Assembly (NCBI GenBank): GCA_002358905.1
Contig: DEPT01000070.1
Location: 14,866-78,865, forward strand
DNA length: 64,000 bases
Source: Akkermansiaceae bacterium UBA3385
GTDB lineage: Bacteria > Verrucomicrobiota > Verrucomicrobiia > Verrucomicrobiales > Akkermansiaceae
Reading direction: 5' to 3'
Part shown: positions 20,687 through 29,088 of the stretch, piece after piece
How positions within the stretch are numbered: position 1 is the first letter of the stretch
How the letters are laid out: every line of letters begins with the position of its first letter
The notes under the pieces: generated by a model
What the model was told of the DNA's origin: nothing
Database searches by the model: none
What the model saw: the letters and a program-made list of their open reading frames with translations, nothing else
Translations under genes and position numbers: made by a program

Positions 20687-23371
20687 ATGAAGAGATGCAT
20701 AGCACTGGCCGGCAATCCGAACAGCGGAAAGACCACACTGTTCAATGAACTGACCGGAGCAAATCAGTATGTTGGTAACTGGCCGGGTGTCACCGTGGAT
20801 CGAAAAGGGGGCCAACTGACGGAGCACGAGGAAATCGAGCTTCAGGATCTTCCCGGCATCTATTCCCTTTCGCCTTATTCACCGGAAGAAGTCGTATCCC
20901 GCCAGTACCTGGTGGAAGGAAAGCCGGATTTGGTGGTCAACGTGGTGGATGCCACAAACCTGGAGCGCAATCTGTACCTGAGCTCGCAGCTCATGGAAAC
21001 CGGGTTACCCATGGTAGTAGCCCTGAACATGTGCGATTTGCTTGAACAACGCGGCATGCGAATCGATACAACAGCCCTGAGCCGGCAGTTGGGTTGCCCG
21101 GTTGTGGCAGTCAGCGCCTTAAAACAAACCGGCATAGCAGAGCTGATTCAACTCATGCTTGCAGAGCCACCCCTTGCCCCAGCGCCCTTGAAATACGCAG
21201 AACCGGTAGAAAAAGCCGTAGCCCAGGTCATGGAAGAATACGGCGCCAACCGCTTCGAAGCCATCAAAATGCTGGAAGGGGAAGAACTGCTGCAAAAAGG
21301 AGTAAGCAAAGTGAAAGCCCATGCGCTGGAGGACATCCGTATGGAGCTGGAAGCGGCCATGGATGACGATGTTGCCTCCATCATAGCCGGGAACCGGTAC
21401 GATGCCATCTGCGCCGTTATTCCGCACGTCGTGATTCAGAAAGGGCGAAAGGAAACCCTCTCCCAGCAAATAGATGCCGTACTGACCAATCGTTTCGCTG
21501 GTCCTCTCATTTTCGTGGCCATCATGTACGCCATTTACTACCTCTCCATCAACACTGTAGGAGTATGGGGAACCGACTGGGCAAATGATGTATTGTTCGG
21601 TCCTGTAGTAGGCGACTGGCTGGGGGGCTTCATCGGGGAACAAGCCGCCGGAGTAGAAGCACTGACCATGTTCAGTGCTATTCTGAGCATGATACTGATT
21701 TTCCCGGCTATGCTGCGGCGTCTGCATGATATGAACATGAACGGAGCGTGGCTCTATATCATGGTGGCACCCTTCATACTGGAATACGTGTGCCCGCACC
21801 TGCCCGGAATCCTGCACCAGGTGCTGCTGTGGGCACTCTGGCTCACCAACGCCACTCTGCTGCTCATGGCTCTGTTCAAGCCCGGTTCAAAGGGAGCGAA
21901 CAACTACGGAAGCCGCACACAACGATTCAGTTACAAACCCATGAAGCTCACAGGCCGCGCCGGCCGCTGCGAATTCGCCACCTGGTTTGTGCTGCTCAGT
22001 CTGCTTTCCGCCGGAGTGGGCATGCTCGGGCGCTGCACCCTGGCGTGCAGCCTGCAGCTGCAAGCCATCATCGCAGATGGCATCGTGGCCGGGGTGGGAG
22101 CCGTGCTCGGATTCCTGCCTCAGATGGCCGTACTTTTCCTGCTCATGTCCATATTGGAGGACTGCGGCTACATGGCCCGCGTAGCCTTCATGCTCGACCG
22201 ACTTTTCCGCGCCATCGGACTGAGCGGTAAATCCGTCATTCCACTCATGGTCAGCATGGGCTGCGGTGTGCCGGGAGTCATGGCCACACGCACTATCGAA
22301 AACGAAAAAGACCGCCGCATGACTATCATGCTCACCACCTTTGTACCCTGCGGAGCCAAACTTCCCATTCTGGCGCTCATTGGAGCCATGCTCGGGCAGA
22401 CTGCCACGGTGGCTACCATTGCCTATTTTGTGGGCTTCGGGTCCGTTATTCTCGGTGGCATGATGTTGCGGAAAATGCACATGTTTGCAGGTGGCTATAA
22501 CCCGTTCGTCATGGAAATGCCAGCTTACCACATGCCGCAAGGGGCCAACATCAACCTCCGGGCCATGGAGCGCTGCAAATCCTTTGCCCAGAAGGCTGGT
22601 ACCGTCATTTTCCTGGCCTCGGCTTTCATCTGGACTCTCTCTAACTATAACTGGAAATTCGAATACCTGAACACATCAGAAAACCAGAGTGCCGTGGAGC
22701 ATAGCATGCTGGCTGAAACCGGCAACTTGTTCGCTCCCCTCTTTGCCCCCTTGGGCTGGGGGGACTGGAAACCCGCTGTAGCCACCATTACCGGGCTCAT
22801 AGCAAAAGAAAACGTAGTGGGTACATTTGGTGTACTCTACGCCGCCCATGGGGAGGAGCAACAGGCACCCACAGAAGCCCCGGAGGAAGCCCCCCTGCCC
22901 CGCAGCCACGACTACACCAAGGCCAATGCCCTGAGTGCCCTCACCGTAGCCCTGTGGCAAGGAGACTACGCCACACGCAAAGCAGTCCCCACCCAGCCGG
23001 CAGCAGAGGGACCCGCTGAACCGGCAGACGACGATGAAAAAGAAGAAATCGCTGGCGTAGCCGGTGATGTACGCGCATCCGGTGCATTCAGTTCCCTGGG
23101 GGCCCTTTCCTTCATGCTCTTCAACTTGCTGTGCGCCCCCTGCTTTGCCGCATGCGGTGCCATACGCCGGGAAATGAACAGCACCCGCTGGACCTGGTTT
23201 GCCATCGGCTATATGACCCTCTGGGCCTACACCATTGCATTCATCACCTACCAGCTCGGCCTCTATTTCTCACAAGGCACCATGGGCAGCGCTCAAATCC
23301 TGGCAGGAATTCTGGCACTTCTGGTCATTTTCCAGGTGGTAAGGCCTAATCCGCATAAGAACAACCACTAA
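20687..23371 (+). CDS. feoB: Ferrous iron transport protein B, enlarged (894 aa) with insertions
   Basis: G1 GNPNSGKTT, G2 NWPGVTV, G3 DLPGIYSL, VDATNLERNL; gate motifs GYMARVAF.LDR, GCGVP, PCGAKLP and CAPCFA. Confidence 0.97.
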   Translation: MKRCIALAGNPNSGKTTLFNELTGANQYVGNWPGVTVDRKGGQLTEHEEIELQDLPGIYSLSPYSPEEVVSRQYLVEGKPDLVVNVVDATNLERNLYLSSQLMETGLPMVVALNMCDLLEQRGMRIDTTALSRQLGCPVVAVSALKQTGIAELIQLMLAEPPLAPAPLKYAEPVEKAVAQVMEEYGANRFEAIKMLEGEELLQKGVSKVKAHALEDIRMELEAAMDDDVASIIAGNRYDAICAVIPHVVIQKGRKETLSQQIDAVLTNRFAGPLIFVAIMYAIYYLSINTVGVWGTDWANDVLFGPVVGDWLGGFIGEQAAGVEALTMFSAILSMILIFPAMLRRLHDMNMNGAWLYIMVAPFILEYVCPHLPGILHQVLLWALWLTNATLLLMALFKPGSKGANNYGSRTQRFSYKPMKLTGRAGRCEFATWFVLLSLLSAGVGMLGRCTLACSLQLQAIIADGIVAGVGAVLGFLPQMAVLFLLMSILEDCGYMARVAFMLDRLFRAIGLSGKSVIPLMVSMGCGVPGVMATRTIENEKDRRMTIMLTTFVPCGAKLPILALIGAMLGQTATVATIAYFVGFGSVILGGMMLRKMHMFAGGYNPFVMEMPAYHMPQGANINLRAMERCKSFAQKAGTVIFLASAFIWTLSNYNWKFEYLNTSENQSAVEHSMLAETGNLFAPLFAPLGWGDWKPAVATITGLIAKENVVGTFGVLYAAHGEEQQAPTEAPEEAPLPRSHDYTKANALSALTVALWQGDYATRKAVPTQPAAEGPAEPADDDEKEEIAGVAGDVRASGAFSSLGALSFMLFNLLCAPCFAACGAIRREMNSTRWTWFAIGYMTLWAYTIAFITYQLGLYFSQGTMGSAQILAGILALLVIFQVVRPNPHKNNH

Positions 23372-23378
23372 TTTCCCC

Positions 23379-23525
23379 ATGGCAGATTTCATCATCATAC
23401 TGGTCTTACTGCTCGCCGGCGGACTTGCCCTGCGTTCCTGTCTGCGAAAAAAAGACGGCAAAGGTTGCGCCGGTGGCTGCAGCGGCTGCAGCGGGAACTG
23501 CAACAAACGTCCTAAACAGCCCTGA
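23379..23525 (+). CDS. FeoB-associated Cys-rich small membrane protein (48 aa)
   Basis: Below the ORF-track cutoff. Translates as MADFIIILVLLLAGGLALRSCLRKKDGKGCAGGCSGCSGNCNKRPKQP*, 7 nt after the feoB stop. Confidence 0.85.
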   Translation: MADFIIILVLLLAGGLALRSCLRKKDGKGCAGGCSGCSGNCNKRPKQP

Positions 23526-23559
23526 TTCAACACGCCCCAACCCATAATTTTATCTTATC

Positions 23560-24798
23560 ATGCAAAAAACGAACATAATCGCCATGGCACTGGCCGGACT
23601 CCTGAGTCTGCCGGTGATCGCAGCGGAGGACTCAAAGCCGACGGCAGGAGAACTTCTCCAGGGAATCAACATGTTCACCCCGGAGGAAGGAGACCCGAGC
23701 TATAAAATCAAAGCTCATGAAACATACGGTACCCAATGGTATGTCGATACCGCCTATGGTTACTGGCAGACCTCCCATGCAGCTTCCGGCACCAACCTCC
23801 ACAACAACTACTTCCTCCTCCATGCTGCAGTCAATCAGCAACTGATTGAGGATAGTGTAAACGGCGGTACCTGGCTGCGTGCAGAGCTTTCCGGCTCCTG
23901 GGCTCTAGACGGACGCTCTGACGAAAAAAACTCCATGTTTGCAGATGGCTACGGCAGTGTGGCCTACCCGCATTTTGACATTTACGGTCCGTCAGATGCC
24001 GTGCTGCCGGAGCTGGCCGTCATGCACTATTTTAACAGCGGGAGCAGCTGCATCATCGGCGGTGTCGTGAACCTCACCAACTATTTTGACTGCGTGAGCA
24101 TTGCGAATGACTCCTTCAGCTCTTTCACGAATGGCGCCTTCATCAATACCACCATCGTTCCACTCACCGATGCCAACCTCGGCCTCGTTCTGCAGCAGGA
24201 GCTCAATGCAGAAAACTATGTGCAGTTCGCATTTTCGCGCACAGACTCCACCTACCGTAGCAACCCCTTTAACTTCGGAGATGGCCACGGCTACGTGCTG
24301 GTGGGCGAATGGGGCCGTAACTTTGCCGATGGAGATGGGACTTTCCGACTTACCCCGTTCTACCAGAGCATTGATAACGTGGGAGAAGCCAACCAGAGAA
24401 ACTGGGGTGTAAGCGCCAGCGCAGAATACAGCCTGAGCGACACATGCACCGTGTATACCCGCGCCGGGCTCGCCCGCTATGCAGAGCAGGGTAACGCCGC
24501 CGAGTGGAGCGTTGGGACCCATGTCAGACTGCTGCCGGAACGCGAGAATGATTTCCTTGGCCTCGCCTATGGCATCTTCCGAGGCGCACGTAACAACTTC
24601 GAAACCGCCCCTGCCTACATCGATGAAGAAACCGGGCGCCCTGGCCACAACCGCGAACAGGTAGTAGAGCTGGTATACAACCTGCAGGTAAATGACTACC
24701 TGCGCATCATGCCGCACTACCAGTACATCAAGAATCCGGCATACCGCAGCGTCTCCCACGAAAGCCTGTGGGGAGTGCAGACGGTACTCTCGTTCTGA
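23560..24798 (+). CDS. Outer-membrane porin, OprB (carbohydrate-selective porin)-like
   Basis: Signal peptide, DFLGLAYG, EQVVELVYNLQV...PHYQYIKNPA and a C-terminal Phe. Confidence 0.8.
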   Translation: MQKTNIIAMALAGLLSLPVIAAEDSKPTAGELLQGINMFTPEEGDPSYKIKAHETYGTQWYVDTAYGYWQTSHAASGTNLHNNYFLLHAAVNQQLIEDSVNGGTWLRAELSGSWALDGRSDEKNSMFADGYGSVAYPHFDIYGPSDAVLPELAVMHYFNSGSSCIIGGVVNLTNYFDCVSIANDSFSSFTNGAFINTTIVPLTDANLGLVLQQELNAENYVQFAFSRTDSTYRSNPFNFGDGHGYVLVGEWGRNFADGDGTFRLTPFYQSIDNVGEANQRNWGVSASAEYSLSDTCTVYTRAGLARYAEQGNAAEWSVGTHVRLLPERENDFLGLAYGIFRGARNNFETAPAYIDEETGRPGHNREQVVELVYNLQVNDYLRIMPHYQYIKNPAYRSVSHESLWGVQTVLSF

Positions 24799-24841
24799 TT
24801 CTACGAAAATCGTTGTCGTGCTGTAACGAGTGTTGCAGTAA

Positions 24842-24877
24842 TTGCCCCGCCGGGAAGTCGTGTGCCCGGCGGGGCAA
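24842..24877. terminator. GC-rich 13-bp hairpin between the two porin genes (terminator or RNA stabiliser)
   Basis: ttgccccgccggg / cccggcggggcaa with a 10-nt loop; no clear U-tract on the + strand. Confidence 0.55.
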
Positions 24878-24967
24878 AATTGTACATGATGCCCATCTAA
24901 TCCACTTATTTTCTTGCCATAGATGTTAGGGTATGATACAGTTTCGCCGCACACACCGTATTGCACC

Positions 24968-26179
24968 ATGAAAATCAAACACATTATATGTTCCCTGCTC
25001 TCCCTCGCCGGCTTGCTTCACGCCGGTGAAGCGACTTCCGCCAGCACCACAACCTGCGATACCTTCCACCGTTTCTACGACGGCACCCTGCTCATTCCGG
25101 ACTCCTCTGCTCCGGCCTGGAAGCAGAAGCTGTATAACACAACCGGAACCGGCTTGTATGTAGAACTTTACGGTGCCTACTGGGCTGTTGATAACCAGAG
25201 CACAGGCTTTGACGCAGAGAACCTGTCCCTCATCTACTTCAGCTCCATGGATCAGCGTATCATCGAGGACAGCGTGAATGGCGGCACATGGGCAAACCTG
25301 GCACTGGCAGGCTCCTGGGGGCTCGACCACGACTCCACCAACCCGAACACCTTCTACTACGATGGCATGGGCATCGGCACCGGCCAGCATACTGACAGTG
25401 TGGGTCCCGCCGGGCTTTATATCATGAATGCTACCCTGCGCCAGTACTTCAACAACAAGCGCACATGCGTGAACGTAGGTGCCATCTGGATGAGCATGTA
25501 TTTCGACCGCATCGGCCACGCTCGATTCATGAATGACGCATTCGAGAAATCTCCCGTTCTCCCCATGTACTACGGCACCCCCGGCGCTGTGGTTCAGCAT
25601 GAAATCGACAAGAACAACTTTGTGACCGCCGCCTTTATCGGAACGGGTCTGGGCCTGGGTGACAACTTCCTGAACTGGGGCAACACCAATGGCTACGCCG
25701 TGCAGGCTGAATGGGGCCACTGCTTCAATGAAAGCAAAGGCACCTGGCGTATTGCCTCCTTCTTCTCCAGCATGGACTCCGTTGGCTCCCGTGGAGTCGA
25801 AGAGCAGCACAATGCCGTGGGTATCATGGGCGGCGTAGAATACAACGTCAATGATCAGATGAAGGTCTATGCCCGTCTCGCCCTGGCCAGCAGCGAACAC
25901 GTTCGCGCCCGCAAGGAAGCCATGGTCGGCACCACCCTGCGCCTGAATCCCTACCGCCCGCAGGACTACCTCGGTGCAGGCATCGGTGTATACAAGTGCG
26001 GAGACAAGGATGCTACCCCCCTGGTCAATGAGTTTGAAAAGGTCATGGAACTCACCTACCGTTTCCAGCTGACCGGCAACATCTCCGTTGCTCCGTACTA
26101 CCAGCTCTACATTGACCCTGCCTACCGCGACACCAGCACCGTGAGTGCCACCGGTCTGCAGGCTCACATCGAGTTCTAA
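24968..26179 (+). CDS. Second OprB-like porin, tandem paralogue
   Basis: Signal peptide MKIKHIICSLLSLAGLLHA; shares Q..IEDSVNGGTW, L.GSW.LD and EL.Y..Q...P.YQ....PAYR with the upstream porin; C-terminal Phe. It has its own TTGCCA-17-TACAGT promoter candidate. Confidence 0.8.
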   Translation: MKIKHIICSLLSLAGLLHAGEATSASTTTCDTFHRFYDGTLLIPDSSAPAWKQKLYNTTGTGLYVELYGAYWAVDNQSTGFDAENLSLIYFSSMDQRIIEDSVNGGTWANLALAGSWGLDHDSTNPNTFYYDGMGIGTGQHTDSVGPAGLYIMNATLRQYFNNKRTCVNVGAIWMSMYFDRIGHARFMNDAFEKSPVLPMYYGTPGAVVQHEIDKNNFVTAAFIGTGLGLGDNFLNWGNTNGYAVQAEWGHCFNESKGTWRIASFFSSMDSVGSRGVEEQHNAVGIMGGVEYNVNDQMKVYARLALASSEHVRARKEAMVGTTLRLNPYRPQDYLGAGIGVYKCGDKDATPLVNEFEKVMELTYRFQLTGNISVAPYYQLYIDPAYRDTSTVSATGLQAHIEF

Positions 26180-26209
26180 TAACACTTCCGTACCAATCAA
26201 TTACAAGAA

Positions 26210-26241
26210 AAAGCGCAGCAGGCTCACACCTGCTGCGCTTT
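26210..26241. terminator. Intrinsic terminator after porin 2, probably bidirectional
   Basis: aaagcgcagcagg / cctgctgcgcttt, flanked by A- and T-rich ends. Confidence 0.8.
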
Positions 26242-26261
26242 GTTATGAATAATCATACAAT

Positions 26262-26411
26262 TCATTTCAAGCTGGACGCCACAGACCGCCCGATATCATC
26301 AGTCCGAGTCATATCAGACATACGTGCGACTTTGCCGAAAACGGCCCCGAGCAGCAGACAGGCAGCGAGTGTCAGCAATGCAATTAAACGGGTATATGTG
26401 TTCTTTTTCAT
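26262..26411 (-). CDS. Small protein (49 aa) with one hydrophobic helix
   Basis: MKKNTYTRLIALLTLAACLLLGAVFGKVARMSDMTRTDDIGRSVASSLK; ends just before the bidirectional terminator. Confidence 0.5.
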   Translation of the reverse strand: MKKNTYTRLIALLTLAACLLLGAVFGKVARMSDMTRTDDIGRSVASSLK

Positions 26412-26497
26412 GGCAAGGTGAAACAACAGTATTTCTCTTATAACACATTTTGAAATGTGGTCAAGAAGAAAAAAGCAGCGGGACCAGCCCCCCATAC

Positions 26498-26699
26498 GTG
26501 TCCCAAAGATTTGGTACACGTGGATTTACGATTGACAATTTACGATTGACGAATTGAAAGTTAGCGGCTTACGCCGATAGAACCACGAATGAACACTTAC
26601 TGCTGATGGTGAGGCGAGTGATACCCCACTACGATTTTTTACACAGAACACTATACCTTTATGTCCTTTAGGGCTATTTTTTCATAATCTTTGGGACAC
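26498..26699. mobile_element. Candidate MITE-like non-coding element (~200 bp)
   Basis: Perfect 14-bp terminal inverted repeats gtgtcccaaagatt / aatctttgggacac. Internal direct repeat atttacgattgac occurs twice. Confidence 0.55.
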
Positions 26700-26744
26700 A
26701 TGTGCAGACCACCGCTGCAAAAAAATCTGCAAACCATTCAGGCA

Positions 26745-28556
26745 TCAATCCCGGCGGCGGGGACGACGGCTGAACTTATCGTAGAACACGCGTTCGCTGC
26801 GCTCACCACCACGTTCACGGAATTCTCTGCGCTCGCGGCGGAAATTGGAATTACCACGGCCAGCATAGGAAGCACCGCGGCGTTCTCGCTCGCGAGGGCG
26901 GATTTCGCGTTCGTAGGGAGCATTGCCAGAGTCCGGGCGGCCTTTATCTTCGCGAACATTGACCTCGTATCCACAAATCTGGCAGGTTCCCAGGCGCTCA
27001 ATAAGCTGTGGAGCAATCTCCGGAGACACCTCGATGAGTGAATGCTTCAGGAACAGGCGGATATCACCCACAGTTCCCTTGGGAGCGCCACCCTCATTGT
27101 AGAAAAGTCCGGCAATATCCTTAGGACGCAGACCGAGCAATTTTCCTCCATTCATGAACAGAGTCACGCTCTGCTGCAGGCTGCTCCAGTCATTCCCCTT
27201 TTCCACAGCGGGCACTTCATCCTCCGCCGGGCGATTGGAGCGGGCAAACTTACTGGGTCTGTCTTCCGGAATCGGCTGCAGCTCGCGACTTGTCTTGGAT
27301 ACAAGCAGGTTAAACATCGCGGCAAGCAACTGCTCTGCTGGCATGTCAATATCCTGCAAGGCCTCCGGAAGCTCAGTGACCATGGCCGCGTTCTCCAGAA
27401 TTTCGTCCACCAGGGACTCCCGGCGCACTTCTTCTACCTGAGTACCGGTCATCACCTTCTCACGCTGCATCCGTACACCTACAAAACGCTCCAGGCGGGC
27501 GAGAAGTGAAAAATCTCGGCGGCCGATAAAGGAAACAGCCCTGCCCTTGCGGCCTGCGCGGGCAGTGCGGCCTATGCGGTGCACGTAATCCTCCGGGTCG
27601 CGGGGCAATTCAAAATTCACCACCGTGTCCACATCGTCAATATCCAGACCCCGGGCTGCAATATCAGTGGCAACCAGAACCGTCAGGTTCCCTTTGCGGA
27701 ATGAATCCATGACACGCTCGCGCAGAGTCTGCGGCATGTCACCGTGCAGACGGTCCACTGCATAACCACGGGCCAGAAGCCCATCCACAATATCGTCCAC
27801 CACACGCTTCGTGTTGGCAAAGACCAGCCCGCGCTTCATGCGCCCCATTTCAATAAGGCGGCTGAGCACCTCAATGCGGGAAGAAAACACCACTTCATAC
27901 ACACACTGCTCACAAGTGGGAACAGTTAGCTGCGGCCGCTCAATAGCAATTTCCAAAGGTTCATTCGCTACAGAATCCACCAGAGAACGAATAGCTGCAG
28001 ACATTGTGGCAGAGAACAACAGCGTCTGACGGTCCTTCGGAAGCATGGCAACCACCCGGTCAATATCATCCTGGAACCCCATATCCAGCATCTCATCAGC
28101 CTCATCCAGAATCAGCATGGAAATGTGGTCCGGCTTAAGCTCACCCTGCTCCATCAGGTCAATAACACGCCCGGGGGTTCCCACCACAAACTGCACACCG
28201 CGCTTCAATGCGGCCAGCTGGGGGGCAAAGGATGCCCCGCCATAAATCGGCACAGCGGAAACTCCATCCAGGAACAAGGCCAGTTTATCCACCTCACGGC
28301 AAATCTGAACAGCCAGTTCACGGGTAGGCGCCAGACACAGCACCTGAACCGCCCGCAGCGCAGGGTCTATGCACTCCAGAGCCGGAATGGAAAACGCCAG
28401 CGTCTTGCCTGACCCCGTGTGGGAAAGCCCCAGAATGTCTGCCCCGCTCAGTGCAGGCGGAATTGCACGTTCCTGAATGGGAGAAGGTGTTTCAAATCCA
28501 AGGACCTCGATGGCCTCCAGAATCTCCGGGCAGATACCAAGTTCAGAAAATGACAT
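26745..28556 (-). CDS. deaD: DEAD-box RNA helicase with C-terminal DbpA-type RNA-binding domain (DeaD/CshA-like)
   Basis: Q motif, TGSGKT, PTRELA, TPGR, DEAD, SAT, ARGLD and HRIGRTAR, plus an Arg-rich tail. Confidence 0.9.
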   Translation of the reverse strand: MSFSELGICPEILEAIEVLGFETPSPIQERAIPPALSGADILGLSHTGSGKTLAFSIPALECIDPALRAVQVLCLAPTRELAVQICREVDKLALFLDGVSAVPIYGGASFAPQLAALKRGVQFVVGTPGRVIDLMEQGELKPDHISMLILDEADEMLDMGFQDDIDRVVAMLPKDRQTLLFSATMSAAIRSLVDSVANEPLEIAIERPQLTVPTCEQCVYEVVFSSRIEVLSRLIEMGRMKRGLVFANTKRVVDDIVDGLLARGYAVDRLHGDMPQTLRERVMDSFRKGNLTVLVATDIAARGLDIDDVDTVVNFELPRDPEDYVHRIGRTARAGRKGRAVSFIGRRDFSLLARLERFVGVRMQREKVMTGTQVEEVRRESLVDEILENAAMVTELPEALQDIDMPAEQLLAAMFNLLVSKTSRELQPIPEDRPSKFARSNRPAEDEVPAVEKGNDWSSLQQSVTLFMNGGKLLGLRPKDIAGLFYNEGGAPKGTVGDIRLFLKHSLIEVSPEIAPQLIERLGTCQICGYEVNVREDKGRPDSGNAPYEREIRPRERERRGASYAGRGNSNFRRERREFRERGGERSERVFYDKFSRRPRRRD

Positions 28557-28684
28557 AGACGGCGCAGAGAATGCCTGATTACCCCTCTTTTGTAAAGCAA
28601 AATCTGCACTGCGAACACACTAACATACGGCCTCTCAGAAAAAAAAATTGCCATAAGCCGCAAGTCACGCTATACTGCACCTGC

Positions 28685-29032
28685 ATGAGCGATGAACAAG
28701 AAGATTTGAACGCATTTAACGCCTGGGATTGCTTCGGCGCAACGCTCATGCTCGGAGTCACTCCCGGTATCATCCATTTCGCCACGACGGAGCCACATGA
28801 CAAAGCCGGTGCCATTGGAATCGGAGTAGTAGGTGTTGTCATTGCCCTGATTGTCCTCGGCGTAGCGCTCATTACACGCTGGCGGCTCCTGGGCAAAATC
28901 ATCAACATCGCAGGCACCGGGATTACCATCTACTTCATCATCCACATGACCTTATTCTGGGTTACTTCCTGCGAAAAATTTGCACGGGAACGATCCCTGA
29001 ATCTCCCCAGTGCCGCCCAGACGCAGAAATAA
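28685..29032 (+). CDS. Small hypothetical membrane protein (about 3 TM)
   Basis: MSDEQEDL... hydrophobic ORF preceded by TTGCCA-17-TATACT. Confidence 0.7.
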   Translation: MSDEQEDLNAFNAWDCFGATLMLGVTPGIIHFATTEPHDKAGAIGIGVVGVVIALIVLGVALITRWRLLGKIINIAGTGITIYFIIHMTLFWVTSCEKFARERSLNLPSAAQTQK

Positions 29033-29088
29033 GTGCCCCACCCATCCGGGCAGAATAGCATCCGTCCACAGGTCTCACTCTCCCGTGC

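Noticed and set aside
26524..26550. Possible CRISPR repeats here or at 57934-58410
   Set aside because: There are only two short adjacent copies or inverted arms, no regular repeat-spacer period and no cas genes.
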